Shown: positions 10,124 to 19,596, numbered from the stretch's first letter. The stretch is 64,000 bases of DNA from an uncultured Acidobacteriaceae bacterium (GCA_963771565.1 CAVYUB010000006.1:228404-292403), one strand, 5' to 3'. Translations and numbers: made by a program. The notes: generated by a model from the letters alone, not told the origin.

Positions 10124-11284
10124 CTACGCCGTAACGGACCGCTTTAGTGTTGGCCGCAGCACGAAATTTAGTACTACCATGACTATCGAAAAGAACGGAA
10201 GCAGCATCAAACCGCGCCGATAATCTTGATTCTCCGATAATGAACCGATAATCGGTGAACTCACGGCAAGGCCGATCCAGCCACATGTAATGACAATTCC
10301 CAATGCAGTTGCGGCGCCACGATGAAAAGTGTCCCCAACGATTGCAAGCGTGGTCGGGAATACAGGCGCCATGGTGAGGCCAGCGCAAAATACTGCGATA
10401 GTAATGCTGGTTTGGGAGCGGAGCTGCAGCATCGCGAAGGTTGTGATCACCATGAGGATCGACGAGATCAACGTGACAGTTAACGAGGGAACCTTGATGA
10501 GCACTCGCGAGACCACGACTCTTCCGACCAAAATTCCAAATGCAAATCCGTAACTTACAACACCACCCGCTGCACGCTGATCAAAGCCGACCGAGATCAA
10601 ATATATCTTTAGCCAGTTCCACACCCCAACCTCGCACGCCACGTAAAGAAATAGAAAAACGCATAAAACAATCAGGGCGGGCCGAGAAAGCAGGGCCGGC
10701 ACTTCGTTCAGCCGAAAACTCGCTTCGCCAGAGGGAGACGGCATTTTCGTTGCTATATTTACCAACAGAGCGATGACGGTGAGACCGGCGACGGAGTAGC
10801 AAAGCACAATCGGCGTCATGAGATAACTTGCGGCGTAAGTAGTGATAATTCCGCCTAAGCCAAAAAACAAGTTGAGGAAATTTAAGGCCGAGCCTCGTCT
10901 GGTTGGTTCGATTGCTCCAACCAGCGAATTCGCGCCCGTTACAACGATGCCTCCGCCGACGCCAAGCACGAAATAGGCGATCAGTAGACCGGCGTAATTG
11001 CCAACATTCGGAGCCGCAAATAAGGAAGCTGCAATTAAGACGAGACCTGTAACAAGTGATAACTTGTGGCCTTTTACGTCAATCACAGGTCCGGCGGAAA
11101 GAGAAGCAACTACCAAGCCGAGCGCTTGGGCCGTTCCGAGATTGCCCTGTTGGACAGGTGTGAGTCCATAAGAGGGAAGAAGCGCGCCCAAAATAGGGGC
11201 GATTAAGCCATACACAAAGATGGTCAGCGTGGCCGCTAAAATGAGCATTCGAGAAATAGTATCAAACCGCGATACTTGCAGCAC
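10124..11284 (-). CDS. MFS transporter
   Basis: The 386-aa product is hydrophobic throughout, with about 12 predicted helices. An alternative start at 11248 (MLILAATL) would remove the overlap with ltaE. Confidence 0.8.
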   Translation of the reverse strand: MLQVSRFDTISRMLILAATLTIFVYGLIAPILGALLPSYGLTPVQQGNLGTAQALGLVVASLSAGPVIDVKGHKLSLVTGLVLIAASLFAAPNVGNYAGLLIAYFVLGVGGGIVVTGANSLVGAIEPTRRGSALNFLNLFFGLGGIITTYAASYLMTPIVLCYSVAGLTVIALLVNIATKMPSPSGEASFRLNEVPALLSRPALIVLCVFLFLYVACEVGVWNWLKIYLISVGFDQRAAGGVVSYGFAFGILVGRVVVSRVLIKVPSLTVTLISSILMVITTFAMLQLRSQTSITIAVFCAGLTMAPVFPTTLAIVGDTFHRGAATALGIVITCGWIGLAVSSPIIGSLSENQDYRRGLMLLPFFSIVMVVLNFVLRPTLKRSVTA

Positions 11285-12329
11285 TCTTTCGCGCTGCTAC
11301 TTCGGCAAGAATCCCAGCAGCGCGCTCGCACTGTTTGCGCGAAACGTCCATGTGTGTGACCAGACGCATGTGAGTTGGAGTGATGCCGTTCGCGAGAATG
11401 CCTCGAGATTTCAGTTCGCGGCTGAATTGGGCCGTTGATACGCCGAGACCGGAGATATCAAAGATGACGATGTTCGTGGCTACACGGGACGCGTCGAGCT
11501 CTATACCGGGAATTTCGGACAAGCGGTTCGCCAGATAGCGAGCGTTCTGGTGATCTTCGTGCAAACGGGCGGGCGAGTCCTCGAGCGCGATGATTCCTGC
11601 CGCCGCAAGAACACCGGCTTGCCGCATGCCGCCACCCAGCCGCTTGCGATACAACCGCGCTCGCGCAATCGCCTCCGCCGTGCTAACCAGCAAGGAGCCA
11701 ACGGGCGCACCCAAACCTTTTGAAAGGCAAAACATCACTGAATCGGCATCCCGCACGATGCGTGACGCAGGCGTATCAGTCGCGACCGCGGCGTTAAAAA
11801 TGCGCGCTCCATCGACGTGGACTTTCAATGCCCGCTCATGCGCTTTTCGGCAGATCTCGTCGATTGTTTCTTGGGGATACACCGTCCCGCCGCACATGTT
11901 GTGCGTGTTTTCAATTGTGATTAGAGTCGTAGGTGCATTATGCGGGCCAGGCGGCCGGAGAGCGCTTTCAATCTCCTTCCAGGTCATTACTCCATCGTCT
12001 GTGGGTACGGCCCGTGCGATACAGCCCGCGAACCAGGCCATCATCGACAATTCATAATCCAGAGTGTGCGATCGTGCCTCGCAGAGGACTTCTTCACCGT
12101 GATTCGTGTGCAGCTTGATAGCGATGGTGTTGCCCATCGTGCCCGTCGGAACAAACAAACCTGCTTCTTTGCCGAAAATCTCAGCCGCTTGTTGCTCCAG
12201 ACGGTTTACGGTTGGGTCTTCGCCATAAACATCGTCGCCAACTTCCGCAGCGGCCATTGCGGCCCGCATCTTTTCATTGGGCTTGGTGACGGTGTCGCTG
12301 CGAAGATCGATCCACTCTTGCTCAGACAT
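11262..12329 (-). CDS. ltaE: Low-specificity L-threonine aldolase (PLP enzyme)
   Basis: Motifs seen are DLRSDTVTKP, GDDVYGEDPTVNRLE, LFVPTGTMGN and the lysine region FCLSKGLGAPVGS. Confidence 0.8.
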   Translation of the reverse strand: MSEQEWIDLRSDTVTKPNEKMRAAMAAAEVGDDVYGEDPTVNRLEQQAAEIFGKEAGLFVPTGTMGNTIAIKLHTNHGEEVLCEARSHTLDYELSMMAWFAGCIARAVPTDDGVMTWKEIESALRPPGPHNAPTTLITIENTHNMCGGTVYPQETIDEICRKAHERALKVHVDGARIFNAAVATDTPASRIVRDADSVMFCLSKGLGAPVGSLLVSTAEAIARARLYRKRLGGGMRQAGVLAAAGIIALEDSPARLHEDHQNARYLANRLSEIPGIELDASRVATNIVIFDISGLGVSTAQFSRELKSRGILANGITPTHMRLVTHMDVSRKQCERAAGILAEVAARKSAASIAV

Positions 12330-13419
12330 TTATGAAGTCCTGGAAAATCTCGTTTGAGAGCAGAATCCCACTCTCAGCCAGCCGTAGCCGCTGCCCGTCA
12401 CGTTCCAGCATACCGGCCTTCAGCCATTTTTCAATTGGTTCCGCAAACCGGGACCACTCTTGATCGGTCGGTTGAATGCCGCTCATGAGCCGCAATCCGA
12501 CAAAGAAGTGCTCCTCGGAGAAATCGGTTGCGGTTACGTCACCCCGCTCGATGTCCGCGTGCGCTTGCTGCTCGAAATAGGCCGGGAGCATATCGGGATT
12601 CGACCATCTTTCTCTGCCATTGAACGAGTGCGCATCCAGTCCAAAGCCAAGGTACGGCTCGAGCCGCCAATATTTCAAGTTGTGGCGTGACTCACATCCG
12701 GCAGCGGCGAAATTCGAGATCTCATAACGATGCAGCCCGATGTCCGCGAACCGCTTGACCGCTCGCTCATAGAGTTCGGCAGTGAGTTGCTCGGTCGGGA
12801 GGTGACCGGCGCCGTAGCGGGCACCGCCCAGCAACACCTCTTTGCCTAACCGGCTATTGTCATCGATTTCGAATATGTAAACAGAGACGTGGGACGGACG
12901 AAGGCGTTGGATCCAGGCAAGCGACTGCTCCCACGATTCTGGCGTCTGCTGAGGCAGCCCGGCAATCAGATCGATATTGATGTTATGAATGCCAGATTGA
13001 CGTAGATTCTTGACGTCGCTCTCCACGGTTGCGGCCGTGTGACGGCGGCCGGTTTGGCGGAGTTCCACTGTCACAAACGACTGGACCCCAAGACTCACGC
13101 GATTGATTCCGCACTCTTTCCATTGCTGGATAACTTCGTGGTTAACTGTTCCAGGCGCGCACTCGAGTGTTACTTCACTCAAACTCGCGAGCGGAATCAG
13201 GTGCATTACGGCGCGCATTGTTTCAACGGGCATCAAGCTCGGAGTACCCCCGCCGAAGTACACCGTTTCGGGCGCCCAGTCCCAACGATGGGCTTTCATT
13301 TCGTTCACCAGGGTTCGGTCATAAAGCATCCGCGCCTCAGCGGGGGACACGCCCGATGCAAAATTACAGAAGCTGCACTTCTGTTCGCAAAATGGATAAG
13401 AAATGTAAACGCCTGGCAT
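12322..13419 (-). CDS. hemW: Radical SAM family haem chaperone HemW
   Basis: It has the radical SAM cluster motif YISYPFCEQKCSFCNF and then GGGTPS. The C-terminal HemN_C-like region includes RLMSGI and GMLERDGQRLRL. I chose the start at 13419 (MPGVYISYPFC); the ORF extends to 13458. Confidence 0.85.
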   Translation of the reverse strand: MPGVYISYPFCEQKCSFCNFASGVSPAEARMLYDRTLVNEMKAHRWDWAPETVYFGGGTPSLMPVETMRAVMHLIPLASLSEVTLECAPGTVNHEVIQQWKECGINRVSLGVQSFVTVELRQTGRRHTAATVESDVKNLRQSGIHNINIDLIAGLPQQTPESWEQSLAWIQRLRPSHVSVYIFEIDDNSRLGKEVLLGGARYGAGHLPTEQLTAELYERAVKRFADIGLHRYEISNFAAAGCESRHNLKYWRLEPYLGFGLDAHSFNGRERWSNPDMLPAYFEQQAHADIERGDVTATDFSEEHFFVGLRLMSGIQPTDQEWSRFAEPIEKWLKAGMLERDGQRLRLAESGILLSNEIFQDFINV

Positions 13420-13423
13420 GCCG

Positions 13424-13753
13424 TTACAAGCGAACCGGTTCGCCCAGAAGTTGCCCAATGGCGGAGCCGATTAAGTCATCCAGGGTTTCATTCGTTTGTG
13501 GTAAAACGAAAGCCTGCTTACTCTCGTCCCAATCCAATTTGAAGCTCTTGGAATGCGCCGAAACCCAGATCTGACGAACCGGAGTGTTGGGACTCACAAC
13601 GAATTTGGCCTTAGGCTCTTCAAACTCGATCCCAAGTGCGCCTGCATTGAAGTCGGGCTCGAAATCATACCGTTCGGAGGCGCCAGTCAGCTTCCTGTAA
13701 AGCGAGTTTAGCGCCGCATCTGCTCTCGTCTTGAACTCTTGCTCGTCTATCAT
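13424..13753 (-). CDS. cyaY: Frataxin-like iron donor protein CyaY
   Basis: The 109-aa product has the pattern FKTRADAALNSLYRKL...GALGIEFEE...FVVSPNTPVRQIWVSA...F, which is collinear with CyaY/frataxin. Confidence 0.75.
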   Translation of the reverse strand: MIDEQEFKTRADAALNSLYRKLTGASERYDFEPDFNAGALGIEFEEPKAKFVVSPNTPVRQIWVSAHSKSFKLDWDESKQAFVLPQTNETLDDLIGSAIGQLLGEPVRL

Positions 13754-13839
13754 CGTCTATTAACATTGTCTTCTGAGCGACCGCGAAAAGTCTGGAACTT
13801 TACTATGGCAGGTGTCATCTCGTAATTGCCCATTGCGTT

Positions 13840-15429
13840 ATGGAGTCTTCGTGTATCCATCAGACCCTCCTTCCCGGCACTACCAAACTGTTCGCCGATT
13901 ATCTCTATGACTTCGAACGGGTAAAAAGCTTCTACGGCCACCACTTCCAAGACAACTCAACGTTTGCGGAGTCAGCAAGGCGAATCGATTTTCCAGACAA
14001 ACAACGCGCCCATCTGGTGGCGGCACTGCGCCAGCAGAACGGTGACTCGCCAGCGCTCTCGAAACTGGCTCAGCGCGGCACTGTGGCGGTTGTAACAGGT
14101 CAACAGGTCGGACTTTTCTCTGGACCAGCCTACACCATCTTCAAGGCATTAACTGCAGCAAGGCTCGCGCAGCACTTGAGCGAGCAGGGTATTCCGGCCG
14201 TGCCTGTCTTTTGGCTGGCCACCGAAGATCATGATCTTGCGGAGGTCAACCATACGTGGGTGTTCAACCATGCTGCCACGCCCGCTAAAATAACCATCCC
14301 GGAAGCCGATACGGCAGGCGGTCCAGTAGGCGAGGTGACGCTCGGGGAAGTACCTTTTCCGGAGTTGAGAGAAGCATTGGGGGACCTGCCATTCGCGGAT
14401 GAAGTCGTCGAGCGCCTTGAAGACGCATACGGTGCCCGTGCATCGCATAACCCGACGTTTGGCTCGGCGTTCCACTCCTTCCTACGTGGGCTTCTGAAGG
14501 ACTGCGGTCTGCTCTACCTGGACCCATTGGCGCCTGCGGTTCGTGAAATCGCTGTGCCGTTTATTAGCCATGCGGTGCATCGCGTTCCCGACTTGATTCA
14601 AGCGCTCCGACACCGCAATGACGAGCTTGTCGCGGCAGGTTACCACGCACAAGTCCATATCGACGACAGTACGTCGCTCGTGTTTCTGATCGAGCAAAAT
14701 AAGCGCATTCCATTGCGATGGAAGAATGGCCGCTTTTTCACAAGAGACGCTTCGTACACGCCGGACGATTTGGAAGCGTTCGACGGCCGCCTATCGCCTA
14801 ACGCGCTCCTGCGCCCGGTAATGCAGGATTATCTGCTGCCTACAGTTGCATACGTCGGTGGGCCTTCGGAGATCGCCTATATGGCGCAGGCCCAAGTGCT
14901 GTATGAAAATCTTTTAGGCCGCATGCCAGTTATTTTCCCGCGCAATAGCTTCACGTTGCTGAACTCGCGCGCAACGAAGCTGTTAGAACGCTACGGGCTG
15001 CGGACGCTTGACGTCATTGATCACAAGGAGAGAGTCGCGAGTCGGATCGCGGCCCGGCTAGTACCAGACCGGCTGAGTGACGAGTTTGCATCCGTCCGAT
15101 CGACAGTATGTTCCTCATTGGCAAGCTTGCAATCCGATTTGAAGGATTTCGATCCAACGCTCGACGCCGCGGCGAAGAAGAGCGCGTCTAAGATTCTTTA
15201 TCAGATCGATAAACTTTCACGAAAGACGGCACGGGAGAGACTGCGGCGCGATGAACGCGTGAAGCAGGATTCAGCTTACTTGATGAATCTGATCTTTCCG
15301 CGTCGCCATTTGCAGGAAAGATTTTACTCCATCGTCCCCTTCCTTGCCCAGCACGGGCTGGATCTGCCCCAGCGCCTAATGCAGGAGACGCAACTCGGCT
15401 GCCCAGATCATATGATCCGCACCGTTTAG
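13840..15429 (+). CDS. bshC: Bacillithiol biosynthesis cysteine-adding enzyme BshC
   Basis: The 529-aa product carries VAVVTGQQVGLFSGPAYTIFK and PVFWLATEDHDLAEVNH. These match the BshC signature (GGQQxGLxxGPLYTxxK, FWxAxEDHDxxExN). Confidence 0.8.
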   Translation: MESSCIHQTLLPGTTKLFADYLYDFERVKSFYGHHFQDNSTFAESARRIDFPDKQRAHLVAALRQQNGDSPALSKLAQRGTVAVVTGQQVGLFSGPAYTIFKALTAARLAQHLSEQGIPAVPVFWLATEDHDLAEVNHTWVFNHAATPAKITIPEADTAGGPVGEVTLGEVPFPELREALGDLPFADEVVERLEDAYGARASHNPTFGSAFHSFLRGLLKDCGLLYLDPLAPAVREIAVPFISHAVHRVPDLIQALRHRNDELVAAGYHAQVHIDDSTSLVFLIEQNKRIPLRWKNGRFFTRDASYTPDDLEAFDGRLSPNALLRPVMQDYLLPTVAYVGGPSEIAYMAQAQVLYENLLGRMPVIFPRNSFTLLNSRATKLLERYGLRTLDVIDHKERVASRIAARLVPDRLSDEFASVRSTVCSSLASLQSDLKDFDPTLDAAAKKSASKILYQIDKLSRKTARERLRRDERVKQDSAYLMNLIFPRRHLQERFYSIVPFLAQHGLDLPQRLMQETQLGCPDHMIRTV

Positions 15430-15474
15430 CTCTTCAACGCGCAATCAATTGTTATACTCAGGTTGATTCTGTGC

Positions 15475-15563
15475 GCTGGAGTGGCGGAATTGGCAGACGC
15501 ACGGGACTCAAAATCCCGCGGGATTCACTTCTCATGAGGGTTCGACCCCCTCCTCCAGCACCA
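15475..15563 (+). tRNA. tRNA-Leu (anticodon CAA), CCA encoded
   Basis: The acceptor stem GCTGGAG/CTCCAGC pairs perfectly. The D arm is TGGCGGAATTGGCAGACGC and the anticodon loop is CTCAAAA (CAA). A long variable arm (class II) and a T arm GGTTCGACCCC are present, followed by discriminator A and CCA. Confidence 0.9.
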
Positions 15564-15878
15564 TTGAAGTTGATCAAAGTTCCTTGACATGCTGTTACCG
15601 GGCGCTAAGTGATGCAGACGGCGCAAGCCTGAGTATTGCGTGCACTTGGATTACTACTAGTGGTTCCCGCTATGCTCAAGACCTTTGAGATTATGGACTT
15701 TCGCACAAGCCATCATTGAACGGCTGAGCGACGCTTCTTTGTTGGGCGCTTGAACTCCAAGTGGCATTTCGCAAACAAGCTGAGTTCTCTGGAGTATACG
15801 GCGTTTTACTGATCTGAACCGCTGTAAACGCAAATGGACAATCCCAGAGGAGCGGTTTCAATTCGAAAGCGATGATTT

Positions 15879-16039
15879 ATTGGATTTATAACGTGTAATG
15901 GATTGGGTATTGGATTGCAATATGGGTGATTGGATGTGTTCGTTTTGTCGATATGAGTGAGTGATCGGATGATGCAAACTTTTCATAGTGAAGGGATCTT
16001 AATTGGCAAATCGGTACCCACAGTACGCTCTAATCCATT
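15879..16039. promoter_or_regulatory. Phased ATTGGAT repeat array in the AT-rich spacer upstream of the NRPS A-T-TE gene
   Basis: ATTGGAT occurs at 15879, 15909 and 15929, a spacing of 30 and 20 bp. AATGGATT lies at 15897 with an inverted copy AATCCATT at 16032, and a degenerate ATCGGAT lies at 15964. All fall within about 200 bp of the ATG at 16077. A binding-site function is inferred only. Confidence 0.3.
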
Positions 16040-16076
16040 GTGTCTTGGTGCAATATTACGGTAACTCAGGAAGTAG

Positions 16077-18749
16077 ATGATAGAAGAGCTCGGCGAAACA
16101 GAAGCTGCGGGGATTAATTCAGATCTCGACCGGAAACCGGTAGAGACCGGAGCCGATTTACCGGTAGAGACCGTAGTCGATTTAATTGAGCGGCAGTGTG
16201 AACGGACGCCCGAGAAGGTCGCTGCGACTTTCGAAGGAGAGCAGCTGACCTATCGTGAGTTAGACTTGCGGGCGAACCGGCTAGCAAATTATCTTCGCGA
16301 CCGAGGTGTTGGACCCGAAACGCTGGTAGGGCTTTGTCTGGACCGATCCCTCACCATGCTGGTCGCGCTGCTCGGAATTCTCAAAGCTGGAGCGGCGTAC
16401 GTGCCTCTTGATCCGGATTTTCCGACTGAGCGGCTCCGCTTCATGCTGCAGGATTCGGGGACACGGTTGCTCATAACAGAGCGAAGATTCGTGGAAGTCC
16501 TGTCAGCCGAGGATTTAGAACTGGTTTGTCTGGATACGGAGTGGGATCGAATTCTGCTAGAAGAAGAGCCCGTAACCACGATCACGGCGCGTGGAGACGA
16601 TCTGGCATATGTAATTTATACCTCGGGATCGACTGGGCGGCCGAAAGGCGTGATGATCGAGCACGCAGCGCTTGCAAATCTGCTGCAGTCAATGGCGGAG
16701 GAACCAGGACTCGAGAGTTCCGACGTGCTGTTCGCTATTGCGACGATATCGTTTGACATTGCGGGTTTGGAACTATTCTTGCCCCTCACGGTGGGTGCTC
16801 GCGTGGTGATAGCGAGCCGCGCAGTGGCGCGAGATCCGGGACAACTGCTGCAGCTATTGAGAAGCTGCAAAGCCACTGTGATGCAGGCAACGCCAGCCAC
16901 CTGGCGGATGCTCTTGCAATCGGGATGGACAGGGCAAAAGGGTTTAAAGATTCTGTGCGGCGGCGAGGCGCTCTCAAGAGATCTGGCGGACGGATTATTG
17001 GATCGGGCGAAGTCGCTATGGAACGTCTATGGGCCGACGGAGACAACCATTTGGTCGACGGTAGGGCAAATCAAGAAGGACGCTCTCCCGATATCAATTG
17101 GACATCCTGTAGCCAGCACGCAAGTGTACATTCTCGACGAGCACGGCGAACCGTGCCCGGCCGGTGTGGCTGGGGAATTGTACATAGGCGGAGCCGGACT
17201 GGCGCGAGGATACTGGAAACAACCGGAACTGACAGAACAACGATTTATTGAAAATCCATTTGGGCTGCCGGGGTCCCGCTTGTATCGGACCGGGGACGAA
17301 GCGAGATTTCGCGAGGACGGCGAAATCGAGTGCCTGGGACGTAAGGACGACCAAGTCAAAATACGTGGATATCGGATTGAACTGGGAGAGATCGAAACAG
17401 TTCTGCGGCAGCAACCGGCCGTGCGAGACAGCGTAGTTGTGGCGCGAGACACGGGCAACGGCGAATCGCAGTTAGTCGCCTTCATTGTCCCGGCTTTGCC
17501 GGACGCTCCGCCCGATGGACCGAGTTTGCGCACCCGGCTCCAGCAGATCCTGCCGGAGTATATGATTCCAGCCGTTTTCGTGAATGTGGCCAAGTTTCCC
17601 TTGACGCCTAGCGGAAAGATTGACCGCCGTGCTTTGAATCTCGCTCCAGCGACAAATATCGGGAGCGGTTCAGACTTTGTAGCGCCCAGAACTGATCTCG
17701 AGAGAAAGCTTGTGGACGCTTTCGAGCGCCTATTAAACGTTCGGCCAATCAGTGTGACGGGTAACTTCTTTGCGCTAGGTGGCCACTCGCTGCTTGCGGT
17801 GAGGCTGTTTTCTGAAATAGCCAACCTTTGCGGGGGTAAGTTGCCGCCATCCACGTTGTTTCGGGCGCCCACGGTTGAGTTACTAGCCCAGATTTTGACC
17901 CAAGAAGGTGCCGGTAAAACATGGACATCCTTGGTACCTATCAAGACTTCAGGAACTCTGCGTCCCATATTCTGTGTACACCCTAAGGGCTCTAACTTGG
18001 TTCGATATCATGCGCTTGCCAATCTGCTCGGCCCAGACCAGCCGTTCTATGGACTGCAGTCCACTGCGCTAGACAAGAAACAGGCGGCTCACGTCAGCAT
18101 TGAGGGCAGCGCGGCTGAATATATTGAGGCGATTCGCAAGGTTCAGCCCCAGGGTCCTTACAATTTGGCGGGGTGGAGCTTTGGAGGAACGGTTGCCTTT
18201 GAAATGGCCCAACAGCTCCTTGCCAAAGGCGAAAAGGTCGGCTTGCTTGGGCTGATCGACAGTTTTTTTCCTGGAAGACCGGCACATTTCAACAGTCGGG
18301 CGTTGCCGGGCACTCCTCTGTGGAAAATTGATCTTTACTCGGGCCAGCTTCTATTTGCGCCGGGCGGCCAACGCCTGAGGCAGAGTTTGGGCTTGCTTAA
18401 GGATGGGCTTCAAACGGTCAAGACCCTAGTCCAGGCTCGCGCTGGGAAGCTTAAGCGGGACCGAACCCTGACTGTCGTACTCGCCGAAATTGAAGCAGCG
18501 AACGCTCGTGCCGAGCGGGAGTACGTACCGAAACCCTATCCCGGACGGGTTACGTTGTTTTGGTGCAGCGATTGGGCTTTTCGAGTATTTCACGACACTC
18601 GACTGGGCTGGAGTGAGCTTGCGGGAGGAGGGCTGGAAGTGCATGTTGTGCCCGGCAACCACAAGACAATGTGGGAGATGCCGAATGTAGGCACAGTTGC
18701 TGAAAAATTGAGAAGGTGCATACAAACGTCGCATGACATGGTCCCATAA
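16077..18749 (+). CDS. NRPS adenylation - carrier - thioesterase protein (A-T-TE), A domain predicted Gly-specific
   Basis: An RBS AGGAAG precedes the ATG at 16077. A-domain cores seen are LTYRELD, YTSGSTGRPKG, NVYGPTETT, GELYIGGAGLARGY, YRTGD, KIRGYRIELGEIE and PSGKIDR. The carrier motif is FFALGGHSLLAV. The TE carries GWSFGG and GNHKTM. Confidence 0.9.
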   Translation: MIEELGETEAAGINSDLDRKPVETGADLPVETVVDLIERQCERTPEKVAATFEGEQLTYRELDLRANRLANYLRDRGVGPETLVGLCLDRSLTMLVALLGILKAGAAYVPLDPDFPTERLRFMLQDSGTRLLITERRFVEVLSAEDLELVCLDTEWDRILLEEEPVTTITARGDDLAYVIYTSGSTGRPKGVMIEHAALANLLQSMAEEPGLESSDVLFAIATISFDIAGLELFLPLTVGARVVIASRAVARDPGQLLQLLRSCKATVMQATPATWRMLLQSGWTGQKGLKILCGGEALSRDLADGLLDRAKSLWNVYGPTETTIWSTVGQIKKDALPISIGHPVASTQVYILDEHGEPCPAGVAGELYIGGAGLARGYWKQPELTEQRFIENPFGLPGSRLYRTGDEARFREDGEIECLGRKDDQVKIRGYRIELGEIETVLRQQPAVRDSVVVARDTGNGESQLVAFIVPALPDAPPDGPSLRTRLQQILPEYMIPAVFVNVAKFPLTPSGKIDRRALNLAPATNIGSGSDFVAPRTDLERKLVDAFERLLNVRPISVTGNFFALGGHSLLAVRLFSEIANLCGGKLPPSTLFRAPTVELLAQILTQEGAGKTWTSLVPIKTSGTLRPIFCVHPKGSNLVRYHALANLLGPDQPFYGLQSTALDKKQAAHVSIEGSAAEYIEAIRKVQPQGPYNLAGWSFGGTVAFEMAQQLLAKGEKVGLLGLIDSFFPGRPAHFNSRALPGTPLWKIDLYSGQLLFAPGGQRLRQSLGLLKDGLQTVKTLVQARAGKLKRDRTLTVVLAEIEAANARAEREYVPKPYPGRVTLFWCSDWAFRVFHDTRLGWSELAGGGLEVHVVPGNHKTMWEMPNVGTVAEKLRRCIQTSHDMVP

Positions 18750-19596
18750 CGAGAGAGCTGGCTCGGTGGTCGACGATTTGGGCGCGGGCACAGCTTGCAG
18801 TGCAAGTACAGCCGATGCCACGGAGAGCCACTCCGTGTATCGGGACGTCTGGTCAGTACTGGCTGCATCGAGCGAGTGTGGAAAGGTTTTTGAGCAGAAC
18901 GGGTTGTTGATAGCCACCGCAGGCGGCAAGTGGTCTGTCATGAACACGGTGTTTTTGTCGAGGCCCGTTGCAACCGAAGCCGATCTTCGCGATCGAATTT
19001 CATTTGCAAAAGATTACTTCGAAGCGAAAAAACGGCTATGGCTGTTCATATTATTTAACGACTGGCTCGACCCTTCGATTCGACCAGAGCAGTTGTTGTG
19101 GGAGCACAGAGTTGCCTATGTGCAAGGTTGTTTCGGCATGCAAGCAACGAGAATACTCGAACCGGCAAGACCAGCTCCAGAACTGGTGTATCGGCTAGTC
19201 GAGAACGATGCAGAACGGCTGGAGTTTTCCCGTATCAACGCCGACAGCTACGGACTTTCAGAAGAGTGGGGGAAAGACATGGCGGCGTGGATCTCTCAAT
19301 GGCCGGAATCGACAATTCGGCTCTACATTGCTTACTCCGGCGAGAAAGCGGTTAGCTCGGCAATGGTGCATTTGAGAGGAGACGCCGCATTCCTGGGCTT
19401 CCTAGCGACACGGCAGGGACATCAAGGAAAAGGATATGGAGAGGCGATCGCGCGATATGCGCTCGCACGGGCAGAAGACGATTGGCATTTCAGCAAAACC
19501 ATCTTGCATTCCGCTCCGGGCAGTTTGTCCTTTTATCGCCGATTAGGTTATTCCGAAGTCGCAAGCTTTGGAACTTATCTAGGCGGTTGCGAATAG
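18733..19596 (+). CDS. GNAT family N-acetyltransferase (two-lobed), translationally coupled to the TE
   Basis: The ATG at 18733 overlaps the NRPS stop by 17 nt. The C-terminal lobe has the acetyl-CoA motif ATRQGHQGKGYGEAIARYAL and ends ...FYRRLGY. The exact start is uncertain. Confidence 0.7.
   Translation: MTWSHNERAGSVVDDLGAGTACSASTADATESHSVYRDVWSVLAASSECGKVFEQNGLLIATAGGKWSVMNTVFLSRPVATEADLRDRISFAKDYFEAKKRLWLFILFNDWLDPSIRPEQLLWEHRVAYVQGCFGMQATRILEPARPAPELVYRLVENDAERLEFSRINADSYGLSEEWGKDMAAWISQWPESTIRLYIAYSGEKAVSSAMVHLRGDAAFLGFLATRQGHQGKGYGEAIARYALARAEDDWHFSKTILHSAPGSLSFYRRLGYSEVASFGTYLGGCE

Noticed and set aside
17027-17968. A long antisense ORF (313 aa) lies inside the NRPS A-T-TE gene. Similar shadow ORFs occur opposite many genes (for example 558..1037, 4081..4581, 39497..40192, 45207..45671, 50131..50748).
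   Set aside because: These ORFs lie opposite well-supported genes with clear family motifs. Their translations are Arg/Ser/Pro-rich with no recognisable motifs, which is typical of shadow ORFs in GC-rich DNA.
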